This document shows, one piece after another, positions 40,378 through 50,345 of a stretch of DNA of 64,000 nt. The stretch is taken from positions 32,001-96,000 of the forward strand of contig JBALDB010000067.1 in the NCBI GenBank assembly GCA_036918135.1, given 5' to 3'. Each line of letters begins with the position of its first letter. Positions within the stretch are counted from its first letter, which is position 1. The notes below the pieces were generated by a model, which did no database searches, had not been told where the DNA came from, and saw nothing but the letters and a program-made list of their open reading frames with translations. The stretch is from Nostoc sp. Its GTDB lineage: Bacteria > Cyanobacteriota > Cyanobacteriia > Cyanobacteriales > Nostocaceae. Made by a program: the position numbers and the translations under genes.

Positions 40378-41985
40378 ATGAGCTACTGCTTAAATCCTAC
40401 CTGTCGCAATCCAGAAAATTTGGTACATAGCCAAAGGTGTCAGTCTTGTGGCTCGCGACTACTGTTGCGCGATCGCTATCAGGTAGTCAAGCCAATAGGT
40501 CAGGGTGGCTTTGGAGCAACCTTCTTAGCCCAGGATCGAGTCTTACCAGGAGAACCAAGTTGCGTAATCAAGCAACTACGTCCCTCTGGAAATACGCCAC
40601 ATGTTTTACAGATGGCTAGAGAACTTTTTGAGCGAGAAGCCAAAACTCTAGGTAAAATTGGCAATCATCCCCAAGTACCCCGATTGCTGGACTATTTTGA
40701 AGAGCATGAACAATTCTACTTAGTTCAAGAATACATTAGCGGTGATACTTTGCAGGAAGAGGTTAAACTTAACGGCGTCTTAAGCGAAACTGGAGTCAAG
40801 CAATTCTTGAGCGAGATTTTGCCATTACTGCAATACATTCACGAGCAAAAGGTAATTCACCGAGATATTAAGCCAGCTAATTTAATTCGCCGTACTCAAG
40901 ATGCCAGAATGGTACTGATCGATTTTGGCGCTGTCAAAAATCAAGTTACCCAAGGTGCAGTAAGTCAATCGGGACAAACAGTATTAACTGCATATGCTAT
41001 AGGTACTCCTGGTTTTGCACCTCCAGAACAAATGGCTATGCGTCCAGTTTACGCCAGCGATATCTATGCATTGGGGGTGACATGTATTTATTTACTAACT
41101 AGTAAAACTCCTAAAGATTTAGATTACAATCCCACAACTGGTGAGATGATGTGGGAGCAGCTTGTGCAAGTGAGTGACCACTTGACCAATGTATTGCGGA
41201 AAATGTTAGAGGTCTCAGTACGTAATCGCTATCAGTCAGCGGCAGAAGTTCTCAGAGGCTTAGAAATAGAACCGTACTTAGAAAGCTTAGCACAGGGATT
41301 GCTGGTTAAATCTCCTGATTCTGGAGTTAAAGCACGAACACGCAACCATATAGAAGATTCTGCTGTTTTATGTAGCAACCCTTCTGCGGCTGTTACCAGT
41401 ACAGGAGTGGCGCAGGTAGCAGCAGCAATTCGCGCCAGACGAGCCAAGGCTGCGGAAGCTGCCGGATTGCACCACGCTTCTGGAATGGGCAAATCAACAA
41501 CTTTAGTAAACAGCAACAGTAATAATTCTCAAATTCAAAATTCTAAAGTTGAGCGCAAGTTAGATACCCAAAGTTTACTAACAGCCTATATGAAAGGGAG
41601 ACGGGATTTTGCCCTACACAATTTAAGTTTGCTCAACCTGCAAGGTGCTGACTTATCAGAAACAAATTTCCATTCCGCTCAATTACAAAAAACTAATCTC
41701 CAGGGAGCTAATCTGCACCACAGTGACTTTGGCAGAGCCAGCCTCACTCGAGCAAATCTTAAAGATGCTAACTTGAGCAAAGCATACTTTAACCATACCG
41801 ATCTTGAAGGGGCAGACCTGCGAGGTGCAGACCTTAGCTATGCTCATCTTACCAATGCCAACCTCCGGGGAGCTAATTTGTGTGGTGCTAATCTTACCAG
41901 TGCTAAAATTTCTGATGAACAACTAGCACTAGCAAAAACAAATTGGATGACTGTGCGCCCTAATGGTAAACGAGGCTTATTGTAA
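40378..41985 (+). CDS. Ser/Thr protein kinase with N-terminal zinc ribbon and C-terminal pentapeptide repeats (SpkB-like)
   Basis: YCLNP.C...C..CG, GQGGFG, VIK, HRDIKPAN, DFG, GTPGFAPPE; A(D/N)LXX repeats. Confidence 0.93.
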   Translation: MSYCLNPTCRNPENLVHSQRCQSCGSRLLLRDRYQVVKPIGQGGFGATFLAQDRVLPGEPSCVIKQLRPSGNTPHVLQMARELFEREAKTLGKIGNHPQVPRLLDYFEEHEQFYLVQEYISGDTLQEEVKLNGVLSETGVKQFLSEILPLLQYIHEQKVIHRDIKPANLIRRTQDARMVLIDFGAVKNQVTQGAVSQSGQTVLTAYAIGTPGFAPPEQMAMRPVYASDIYALGVTCIYLLTSKTPKDLDYNPTTGEMMWEQLVQVSDHLTNVLRKMLEVSVRNRYQSAAEVLRGLEIEPYLESLAQGLLVKSPDSGVKARTRNHIEDSAVLCSNPSAAVTSTGVAQVAAAIRARRAKAAEAAGLHHASGMGKSTTLVNSNSNNSQIQNSKVERKLDTQSLLTAYMKGRRDFALHNLSLLNLQGADLSETNFHSAQLQKTNLQGANLHHSDFGRASLTRANLKDANLSKAYFNHTDLEGADLRGADLSYAHLTNANLRGANLCGANLTSAKISDEQLALAKTNWMTVRPNGKRGLL

Positions 41986-42607
41986 TTTGATAGTTCGGGT
42001 TTGTACAGAAGTTAGGGACTTCTAAATAAAAATTAATTTGCTTGAGAGGAGATAATTTGCAGGACTAATAGTTTGACGAGAAACCTTGCTATGCAACCTC
42101 TCTGGTTAATAAAGAGGACAAGGATACAAAGAGTTTCTTTTCTTTGATTGTCCTCCTTTGATAAAATTAAATTTCCATAAACAATTTTTAAGCTAACGGT
42201 ATTCTCCGATTAGTAATAAAACTATTATCAGAAAAATTCTCAATTTTACTTGAAAATGAGATTTTTTATGCTATTGATAATAGGAGTTTTTAAAATAGTA
42301 TTACCTAGCAAAAATACGTAGATATTATAGTAATCTTTATCAAATCTTTATATTTTTATCTATTACAAACAACAAAGGATTATTTACAATAAAAAATAAA
42401 CTATTACACAATTTATTATAAAGATTGTCATAATTATTATGGCTACAAAAACAGGAAATTTCATACCTAAAATTTGTAAAATTGAACCCTCCTACTAAGC
42501 TAATCAACTTCTCGAATGGCGGGGAAACAGAAAAAGCAATTATCCCTGATTGTAGGCTGGAGCAGAATATTCAAAACCGAAATCAGGTAGTATAAGGTTT
42601 ATATATA

Positions 42608-43321
42608 ATGGCTGACTTTGCACAAACAGAAATAGAACGGAGATTAACTTTATATCAGGTTTTCCTCAAGTTGTATGAACATAATAGCAGCCTTCTAGAT
42701 GAGATTCTTCAGCTAGAAAACCTATATTACCCCTCGTTAAAAACACTGAAAGCATCTTATGTGCATGGGGTAGTGGATACTACTGCTGTTTATTTAATGA
42801 CTAACTTGTGCGACAATCAGACGCAAAGTTTACAACAACCACAGCGGATCTGGACGATAGGTCGCAATCGCAGCAGTGGCATTTGCATTGCTGATAGTTA
42901 TATGTCTCGTTGGCACGCTGCAATTCAACATATTGATGAGCAAGGCTTCTACTTAATTGATTTTAATAGTACCAATGGTTCGTTTGTCAATGACCGACAA
43001 GCTCTTGAGCCGATCAAACTCAAAGATGGCGATCGCATTCGTTTAGGTAGTCTGACTTTTAATTTTTTTATCGAGCATAAGTCCCGCATTCTGCCAACTG
43101 TAGCAATGGAGTTGCTAATGCAGCTGATGCATCGCAAGAGCGATCGCAAAGCAGAAATACTTACTTATCCTGGTGACAAACCAAATGATAATTTAGAGAT
43201 TTTAACAAATTTCGGACTAGCCGATCGAATTGACCATTGGTATGACAACTTTAGCTCAGAACAAAAATCAGAAATTTTAGACCGTTTTTTTAGCAGACAA
43301 AACCCGTACAATCCCACCTAA
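42608..43321 (+). CDS. FHA domain protein
   Basis: WTIGR, SRWHA, D.NSTNGSFVN, LKDGDRIRLG. Confidence 0.88.
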   Translation: MADFAQTEIERRLTLYQVFLKLYEHNSSLLDEILQLENLYYPSLKTLKASYVHGVVDTTAVYLMTNLCDNQTQSLQQPQRIWTIGRNRSSGICIADSYMSRWHAAIQHIDEQGFYLIDFNSTNGSFVNDRQALEPIKLKDGDRIRLGSLTFNFFIEHKSRILPTVAMELLMQLMHRKSDRKAEILTYPGDKPNDNLEILTNFGLADRIDHWYDNFSSEQKSEILDRFFSRQNPYNPT

Positions 43322-43341
43322 AAAATTAAAAATAAAACAGT

Positions 43342-43375
43342 AAAAAAGGTGCGTTAGCTGTCTTGATAACGCACC
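43342..43375 (-). terminator. Intrinsic terminator downstream of recA
   Basis: GGTGCGTTA...TAACGCACC stem followed on the minus strand by a T6 tract. Confidence 0.65.
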
Positions 43376-43392
43376 ATACCAATCAAAATTTC

Positions 43393-44469
43393 TTATTCTT
43401 CTTCCTCTAATTCGACTTCCTCTTCTTCGTCTTCATTAGACTTTGATACAGAGTTAGCAGAAACAACAGCGCCTTTATCTAGCTTTTCCCGCACGAGTTG
43501 CTTAATTTGTTCCGCAAATTCTGGCTTTTCTTCTAGATACTTAATGGCATTGTCTCGTCCTTGAGAGATGTTATCGCCGTTGTAGCTGTACCAAGCTCCT
43601 TTACGGATAATAATGCCAGTTTCTTCTGCTAGATCCACGAGGCAACCCAAGATAGAAACACCTTTACCAAAAATAATATCAAATTCCGCAACTCTGAAAG
43701 GCGGTGCTACTTTATTTTTGGCAACTTTAACTTTAACGCGGTTACCAAATTCATCTGTACCTTTTTTCAAAGTTTGAATCCGGCGAATATCCAAGCGCAC
43801 GGAAGCATAAAACTTCAATGCGTTACCTCCAGTAGTGGTTTCTGGACTTCCGTAGGTAACACCGATTTTTTGCCGCAACTGGTTAATGAAAATAACTGTG
43901 CAGCCTGATTTACCAATATTACCAGTGATTTTACGTAAAGCTTGGCTCATCAACCTCGCTTGGAGACCAACGTGAGCATCACCCATATCGCCTTCAATTT
44001 CAGCACGGGGAACTAACGCTGCTACCGAGTCAATAACTACAATATCAACCGCAGCAGAACGAACCAGCTGATCGACAATTTCCAAAGCGGCTTCTCCTGT
44101 GTCAGGTTGAGAAACCAGCAAATTTTCAATATCTACACCCAATGCCGCAGCGTAAGTGGGGTCGAGGGCATGTTCAGCATCAACAAACGCAGCAATGCCA
44201 CCTTCTTTTTGCACTTCCGCGAGTGCATGTAACGCTACTGTGGTTTTACCGGAACTTTCCGGTCCATAAATCTCAATTACCCGTCCTTTGGGTAAACCGC
44301 CTCCCAATGCCAAATCCAAGGTCAACGCCCCACTGGAAATTGTTTCCACCCGCATCCGGGTAGCATCCCCTAAGCGCATGATTGCTCCTTTTCCAAAGCT
44401 GCGCTCAATCTGGTTGAGTACTATATTTAACGCTTTTTGCTTGCCAGAAGTATCGGTGTTGATAGCCAT
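43393..44469 (-). CDS. recA: Recombinase A
   Basis: [40 protein letters not shown]. Confidence 0.99.
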   Translation of the reverse strand: MAINTDTSGKQKALNIVLNQIERSFGKGAIMRLGDATRMRVETISSGALTLDLALGGGLPKGRVIEIYGPESSGKTTVALHALAEVQKEGGIAAFVDAEHALDPTYAAALGVDIENLLVSQPDTGEAALEIVDQLVRSAAVDIVVIDSVAALVPRAEIEGDMGDAHVGLQARLMSQALRKITGNIGKSGCTVIFINQLRQKIGVTYGSPETTTGGNALKFYASVRLDIRRIQTLKKGTDEFGNRVKVKVAKNKVAPPFRVAEFDIIFGKGVSILGCLVDLAEETGIIIRKGAWYSYNGDNISQGRDNAIKYLEEKPEFAEQIKQLVREKLDKGAVVSANSVSKSNEDEEEEVELEEEE

Positions 44470-44520
44470 TAGAGCCTCTAAGTATATGGATTTTTAGGAG
44501 TCTGGATTTAGAGTTTGAGT

Positions 44521-44534
44521 AGAACAGATATACT
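44521..44534 (-). promoter_or_regulatory. Cyanobacterial LexA (SOS) box upstream of recA
   Basis: Minus strand AGTATATCTGTTCT is one mismatch from the cyanobacterial consensus RGTAC-N4-GTWC, about 50 bp upstream of the recA start. Confidence 0.75.
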
Positions 44535-44732
44535 ATTTTAAACCAGAAAATTCTGGAATAGGACTTCTCAAATTAAAAAAGGGTGTGACAAGATCGTAAC
44601 CCGATCGCTACCTGATTAAGGTAGTCCTGCACAATAATACCAACTTGCATTCAGAGATTGCTTCCTTTGGGTAAGTGACTCAGAGATTTTCAAAGAAAAA
44701 TTATTTAAACAACTAACTGGCTTTATCAACTG

Positions 44733-44832
44733 TATAGCAGGAGGCAGGGGGCAGGAGGCAGGAGGTGAAAACATTACTCTTCCTGATATTCACGTTTGTC
44801 ATTATGTCCTAACCTATATGACTACGGCTATA
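44733..44832. repeat. About 100-bp dispersed repeat, copy 2 (inverted relative to 10687..10795)
   Basis: TATAGCAGGAGGC...TTGTCATTATGTCCTAA...TGACTACGGCTATA. Confidence 0.8.
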
Positions 44833-45023
44833 TAGCTTAGGCTGCTTTGTCTTGAAGAGAAAAGCCTAGCTACTATTAGGGCGCGACCGTTCCTCGAATC
44901 GCGATCGCCCCCGACATTGATAAGTTTAGTAAAGTTAAGATTATGGTTAAATCCAGCCTGTTGGCATTAAGATTGCGTACTGATAAACTGGTAATATAAT
45001 TTACATATATTATATTGAGAAAC

Positions 45024-45557
45024 GTGAATAAGTCACAAAGTATTAAGCTGCTTGAAAGTGAGGGATGGACAAAAGCAGATGCTATACGTGCATTGGAAGT
45101 CATTGACTTTAGTACCAATCCTGATGAGATTACCATTCGCAGAGCTATCTCGCCTTTTACTGGTTCTGAGCTAATTAGGCGTCAGCGTCTTCAAGCTGCT
45201 CAGAAAGGTTTGGTAACAAAGAAAAGCAATGAAATAGAGAGAAATAATCAGGAATATGCTGCTAAAGTCGAGCAACTGAAGAAATATCAAAAACAACAAA
45301 ATGAAAAATATGAAACCGATATTAAAAGTTTAACTGACACAAACAGAGTGTTAGAAATGAAAATAAAAAATATAACTACTCAAAATCATGAGTTAATGCA
45401 AGTAAATGACCAACTTAAAAAAGATAATAAAGCATTAAAAAATTTAATAGATGAAATTAAGCTAAAATTAGCTATTAATACTAAAAAGCTTCTTCAGTAT
45501 AAAGATAGTGAAATTCGTCAAGCTTTAATTATTATGTTTAAATCAACACTAGGCTAA
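45024..45557 (+). CDS. Hypothetical protein: small helical N-terminal domain + long coiled coil
   Basis: Open frame of about 177 aa from GTG at 45024; heptad-rich K/E/Q/N region. Confidence 0.75.
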   Translation: MNKSQSIKLLESEGWTKADAIRALEVIDFSTNPDEITIRRAISPFTGSELIRRQRLQAAQKGLVTKKSNEIERNNQEYAAKVEQLKKYQKQQNEKYETDIKSLTDTNRVLEMKIKNITTQNHELMQVNDQLKKDNKALKNLIDEIKLKLAINTKKLLQYKDSEIRQALIIMFKSTLG

Positions 45558-45569
45558 TTGACTATATTT

Positions 45570-45974
45570 ATGAGTAATAAAAAAATAACTTTTCAAGGTA
45601 TGAGTTATCGTGATGTTCAACGTGCTAACTCCAATCATCGAACTCAGCTAGATAAAGAAGACCAAACTTGGCTAAAAGAAAATTATTACAAAAATATTGG
45701 CTGGAATCATATTATTAGTCTTTATAAAAAACTAGAAGAGTTTTTATTAAATAAATATTTGTATAGAGAATTAACACTTGAGGAATTATTTTTAGAGGCA
45801 GATAGAATTGGAAATAAATATCTCACACCTCAAGAAATACAAAACTTTAATCAAAGCTTATCCAGAGAAGTCAATGATATTGCAGAAGAAATCGATAATC
45901 AATTTCCCGATACAGAAATAGAATTTATTGATTTTACTAAAAAAACTAGTAAAAGATATTGGAATAAAATCTAA
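45570..45974 (+). CDS. Hypothetical protein, helical with an acidic C-terminal part
   Basis: ATG 12 nt after the upstream stop; operonic spacing. Confidence 0.7.
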   Translation: MSNKKITFQGMSYRDVQRANSNHRTQLDKEDQTWLKENYYKNIGWNHIISLYKKLEEFLLNKYLYRELTLEELFLEADRIGNKYLTPQEIQNFNQSLSREVNDIAEEIDNQFPDTEIEFIDFTKKTSKRYWNKI

Positions 45975-45997
45975 AAATTTTAACTTCTGGAAAAAAT

Positions 45998-46450
45998 ATG
46001 GTGAATTTCCAAGATAAAAAACTGAAAGAATTGTTTGCTCTGGCAAATCAAATTGGTAATAAGCGATATCACAGACTAACTTCAGAAGATTTTGAAAATT
46101 ACAGAAAATTCGATTACTGGCGCTATATCAATGGTGATTATGAATGTGGAACAACCCAAGAAAGTAAAGATTGGGTCAAAAAAAATTCAAACTGGTACTG
46201 TCCAATTTGTGGGCATCACTACTCTGATAAAGGTGGTAAGACGATAGATCACAAACTACCTCGGTCACAATATCCCTGGTTATCAATAGAATTCAATAAT
46301 TTATGGGTCATTTGCCAGATTTGTAACCGAGATAAGAGTGAGATGCATTGGTACGAGTATGAACACTATATATTTGTTCGCTATCCTAATCTTTATCTTT
46401 CTGTAAAAACTGCACGTCCTAGCTCGTTGCTCCAGTCTTTAAAAGACTAA
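45998..46450 (+). CDS. HNH endonuclease with zinc-binding CxxC pairs
   Basis: CPICG...TIDHKLP......NNLWVICQICNRDK. Confidence 0.88.
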   Translation: MVNFQDKKLKELFALANQIGNKRYHRLTSEDFENYRKFDYWRYINGDYECGTTQESKDWVKKNSNWYCPICGHHYSDKGGKTIDHKLPRSQYPWLSIEFNNLWVICQICNRDKSEMHWYEYEHYIFVRYPNLYLSVKTARPSSLLQSLKD

Positions 46451-46697
46451 ACCAAGTAATGTAATCACCTACTTTTTTTCACACTATTTACGAAATATAA
46501 CGGCGATCGCATTCAATCTCTGTTAGCAATCAATCTAAAAAATCAGATATATTAAGTTGATAGCAAACCAAGGTAAGTCCTAACAATGATACTCACAATA
46601 TCTCAGGATTTATTCAGATGAATTAGCTAAACAAGGCTGATAAATCAAAATTGTCATTCACCTGACTGGTAGTATTGATTACGTTTAAATTCGTTAA

Positions 46698-46827
46698 TAA
46701 GTTGATGGACATAAATAAATATAATACGTTCTGTCATTGCGAGCGAAGCGAAGCAATCCCAGAGAGCTTGTGATTGCTTCGCTTCGCTCGTAATGACATC
46801 TTAAATTTCATCATGTCTATCTACTTA
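46698..46827. mobile_element. 130-bp MITE-like element with a central 26-bp hairpin, copy 1
   Basis: Ends TAAGTTGATGGACAT / ATGTCTATCTACTTA; inner stem GTCATTGCGAGCGAAGCGAAGCAATC...GATTGCTTCGCTTCGCTCGTAATGAC. Confidence 0.8.
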
Positions 46828-46890
46828 CATACCTCTCAATTAACGTTATTTGCTAAGATTTGATTAAGCTTTTGCTGCCAGGCATCTTTG

Positions 46891-48123
46891 ATGACTTTTG
46901 ACCTTCCCGACTCTCTGATTCTCGATACTGCGCTATCGGTATCTGGTTTAACTGACTATATCCGCTTGCTGTTAGAGCAAGATGAACAATTGCGGCAAGT
47001 TTGGGTGACTGGGGAAGTTTCCAGTGCTAACCACCATCGCAGTGGGTTATTTTTCACGCTGCAAGATACAGACGGCACCGCCGGAATTAAGTGTGTAGTA
47101 TGGAATAGCCAATTGCCTAAACTCGCTCAGATACCCGTTCCTGGCGAGCAGATAATTATTTTGGGCAGTATTCGCTTGTATCCGCAACGGGGAGAATATC
47201 AGTTATCAGTTTGGCAGAGTCTACCTGCTGGTGTTGGTTTACAAGCGCTACGCTATCAACAACTAAAAAATCGCTTGTTGGCTGAGGGATTATTCGATCC
47301 ACAAAGAAAGCGATCGCTCCCCATTCACCCGCAAACGATCGCTGTTGTCACTTCACCAACTGCGGCGGCTTGGGGTGATATTCAAAAAACTCTCAAGCAA
47401 AGGTATCCAGGTTTACACGTTTTATTTTCTCCAGCTACAGTACAAGGGGAGCAAGCACCAGAATCCATCGTCAAAGCAATTGAGCGAGTTGACTGGGATG
47501 GTCGCGCTGAAGTGCTAATTTTATCGCGTGGTGGTGGCGCGGTTGAAGAATTGGCTTGCTTCAACGATGAACGAGTAGTGCGAGCTGTTGCTAGTTGTTC
47601 GATTCCTGTAATTACTGGCATTGGTCATCAACGAGATGAATCTTTGGTAGATTTAGTTGCAGATGTATGTGTGCATACGCCAACGGCCGCGGCGGAAACA
47701 GTTGTACCCGCAATTGCAGAGTTGTATGCTGAGCATCAGCAGCGAGTTATAGCCTTGCATGAAGTCATGCATGATTCGTGGGAAGCTGCTGAAAATAAAT
47801 TGCAAGCATTGCGAAACCGTTTGCAACGTTTGCGGTTAGAAAGGCTCGTGCAGCAAGAGGCGCGTAATCTCAGCTGGAAGCGTCAGCAATTGGTGCAAGT
47901 CACAATGGGGCGATCGCAGCAAGCAAAGCAGCATTTAGAATTGTTGCGGCAAAAGTTGGCAACTCTCGACCCCAAAGCTGTGTTGCAGCGTGGCTATGCC
48001 GTGGTGAGACAGGAAAATGGCGCGATCGCTCGTGCTGCGGCTGAGTTAGAAGTAGGGCAAGATTTATCGATTCAGTTGGGACAGGGTGAGGTTAAAGTAA
48101 AAGTTACGGAAGTAAAAAAGTAG
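46891..48123 (+). CDS. xseA: Exodeoxyribonuclease VII large subunit
   Basis: VWVTGEVS OB fold, L.AEGLFD, VTSPTAAAWGD, VQGE.A, RGGG..EEL..FNDE, GIGHQRD, TPTAAAE, VLQRGYA. Confidence 0.95.
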   Translation: MTFDLPDSLILDTALSVSGLTDYIRLLLEQDEQLRQVWVTGEVSSANHHRSGLFFTLQDTDGTAGIKCVVWNSQLPKLAQIPVPGEQIIILGSIRLYPQRGEYQLSVWQSLPAGVGLQALRYQQLKNRLLAEGLFDPQRKRSLPIHPQTIAVVTSPTAAAWGDIQKTLKQRYPGLHVLFSPATVQGEQAPESIVKAIERVDWDGRAEVLILSRGGGAVEELACFNDERVVRAVASCSIPVITGIGHQRDESLVDLVADVCVHTPTAAAETVVPAIAELYAEHQQRVIALHEVMHDSWEAAENKLQALRNRLQRLRLERLVQQEARNLSWKRQQLVQVTMGRSQQAKQHLELLRQKLATLDPKAVLQRGYAVVRQENGAIARAAAELEVGQDLSIQLGQGEVKVKVTEVKK

Positions 48124-48167
48124 TTTAGACATATAGCGACTTACAACAGATTACTGTCAAGATTTAA

Positions 48168-48397
48168 ATAGTTAAACGTAAGAGTGCTTCTAGTTCTGAT
48201 TCAATCGATTGGAATTATGAGGCAAAAGTTATTGAAATAGAACGAATCATCGCTGCATCGAAGCGAGTGAGTTGGAATTGCAAGAAGTCTTCGACCAATT
48301 TGCTAAAGCTATAGAGTATTTGCGTCAGTGCGAAAGTTTTTTGCAGCAGCGACAGCAGCAAGTAGATTTATTGATTGAAACTTTGAGCGATGAGTAG
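48168..48397 (+). pseudogene. xseB: xseB pseudogene: start codon mutated to ATA and a 1-nt frameshift
   Basis: (I)[28 protein letters not shown] / frameshift / [46 protein letters not shown], closely matching 51270..51503. Confidence 0.9.
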
Positions 48398-48669
48398 AAA
48401 TATTCAAATTTGTTAGCTAGCGTGACTGTCCCCTAATATACTGTCAGGGATGCGATCGCTCGATTTTGTAAACAATGCCAAAAATCGATCGCAGCTGTAA
48501 TCACAGAGATAGCTAGAAACCAGATTTAGATATATGCGATCGCCACATCTCAAGGCGTGTTGGCGTAGCCCGCCGCAGGCATCGCCAAAAAGCGAAGATG
48601 TAGCATTTTTACCTAATCAGTTAAGATAATCTTTATCAATCTTCTTTCCTCACCCTTTTCCTTGAAATT

Positions 48670-49036
48670 ATGACGCAGGATGAGTTATTGCTACTGATGG
48701 ATCGCGCTGTGGCTGAGGGTTGGCAAGAGTTAGACTTGTCGGGGCAGGAGTTGACTGAGTTACCTGTAGAAATTGGTAAGTTGCAGCAGCTTGAGTCCTT
48801 GATTTTGGGAGAGAAGGTTGAAGGTTATGAATACGTAGGAGACCCCCTTATCGAAAAGGTTTCAGGCAACAATTTAAAACGCTTCCACTCGAACTATTGG
48901 GTTTGCCTAATTTGCGTAAGTTGGATGTTAGTGGCAATCCTTTAGAAAGCATTCCCGATGTGGTAACGCAAATACTACATTTAGAGGAACTTATCTTAAT
49001 TCGAGTAGAGTTAACTGAAATACCTAATGCGATCGC
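48670..49036 (+). pseudogene. 5' remnant of an LRR (Roco-type) gene, frameshifted and cut off at a HIP1 site
   Basis: MTQDELL...ELDLSGQELTELPVEIGKL...GNNLK / frameshift / TLPLELLGLPNLRKLDVSGNPLESIPD...LTEIPNAIA, ending in GCGATCGC at 49029..49036. Confidence 0.8.
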
Positions 49037-49115
49037 TTGCAAAGATATCTGGAAGTGAGCGACGAGCAGGTGTTGGAGGCGGGGGTGGCGTTGTCGATGC
49101 TGTCTCCTGTTGGGG
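49037..49115 (+). pseudogene. Probable C-terminal remnant of a cyanobacterial tyrosine recombinase (integrase)
   Basis: LQRYLEVSDEQVL...LSMLSP resembles, from memory, the catalytic-Tyr tail of small cyanobacterial site-specific integrases. The match is short. Confidence 0.5.
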
Positions 49116-49176
49116 GAGATGTCGGGAAATATGGTAATCTTGTAAATCTATTTTTTTATCTTAAGAGGATGTTCAA

Positions 49177-49932
49177 ATGCCAGAAACACAAGTTGGAGAT
49201 ATTAGCATTTATTACGAGGTGAAAGGCAGTGGATATCCACTACTCATGATTATGGGTTTAAGCTTCAGCCTTTTGGACTGGGGGGATGTGTTTCTTGATG
49301 AACTGGCGAAACATTACCAAGTCATTGTGTTTGATAACCGCGATTCTGGACGTACAAAAAGTCAGTCAACAGACAACTACACCACTGCTGATATGGCAAA
49401 TGATGCAGCAGGATTGCTTAATGCTTTAGGAATAGCACAAGCTCATGTTCTTGGACTCAGCATGGGTGGTATGATTGCTCAACTGTTTGCCTTGAGACAT
49501 GCTAGCAAGCTTAATAAATTGATATTATCCTGCACAATGGCAGGTGGAGATTGTAGCGATTTCAATCCAAATAATCAAGGAGATTTATTGGATCTTCTTT
49601 TTCCAGAATCATACTTAGCTATCTCTAATAACCGGGAAAAAGCAGAAGATTTTTTCAAAAAAACCTCACTTTATCACAGTCAACCAGATGGTTTGAGCAG
49701 ACTAATACAGGCGCACAATACTCACGATACCTGTAATTTCTTGCAAGGCATTAAAGCACCTACTTTAATTATTACTGGAGATAGCGATTCCGTAATTCCT
49801 CCTGTAAATAGTAATATTTTGAATAACAAAATTTCTGGTTCAGAACTCAAAATTATTAAACAAGCCGGACATGGGTTTCTTTATAGTCATACTGCTGAAT
49901 TTGCAAAAATTTTGATTGATTTTTTATCGTAA
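49177..49932 (+). CDS. Alpha/beta fold hydrolase
   Basis: FDNRDSGR, GLSMGG nucleophile elbow, GDSD, AGH. Confidence 0.9.
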   Translation: MPETQVGDISIYYEVKGSGYPLLMIMGLSFSLLDWGDVFLDELAKHYQVIVFDNRDSGRTKSQSTDNYTTADMANDAAGLLNALGIAQAHVLGLSMGGMIAQLFALRHASKLNKLILSCTMAGGDCSDFNPNNQGDLLDLLFPESYLAISNNREKAEDFFKKTSLYHSQPDGLSRLIQAHNTHDTCNFLQGIKAPTLIITGDSDSVIPPVNSNILNNKISGSELKIIKQAGHGFLYSHTAEFAKILIDFLS

Positions 49933-50049
49933 TTCAAACTGACTTTTCACGGCATGTGGAAAAGGTTATTTTGATGGTTTCCCAAGCCCTAATTTCTCTG
50001 GTAGCTATTTGAAATAATTCCCACCTTCCATTTGATGAAAATTGAGCTA

Positions 50050-50240
50050 GCGCTCGCCAAAACAACAAATGCGCTCGCCAAAACAACAAATGCGCTCGCC
50101 AAAATAACAAATGTGTTCGCCGAAATCACAAATGTGTTCGCCGAAATCACAAATGTGTTCGCCAAAATAACAAATGGGTTCGCCAAAATCACAAATGCGA
50201 TCGCCGAAATTACAAATGAGGTCACTAAAATAACAAATGC
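50050..50240. repeat. 21-bp tandem repeat x9, consensus near GYTCGCCRAAATMACAAATGY
   Basis: Read directly; lies between two converging genes; one unit contains HIP1. Confidence 0.9.
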
Positions 50241-50345
50241 TGGATCGCTATGCTTCAGTATCCTAGTTTTTATCTCACGCAAAGGCGCAAAGGAAGAAAG
50301 CAAGGAATAAGATTGTGGTCTAAATACATGAAAACTGCTGTAATA

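Noticed and set aside
44876..45000. Retron-like ncRNA upstream of the HNH operon
   Set aside because: Only a short imperfect GC hairpin around a HIP1 site; no reverse transcriptase and no long flanking inverted repeats.
50050..50240. Possible CRISPR array
   Set aside because: Tandem repeats with no spacers.
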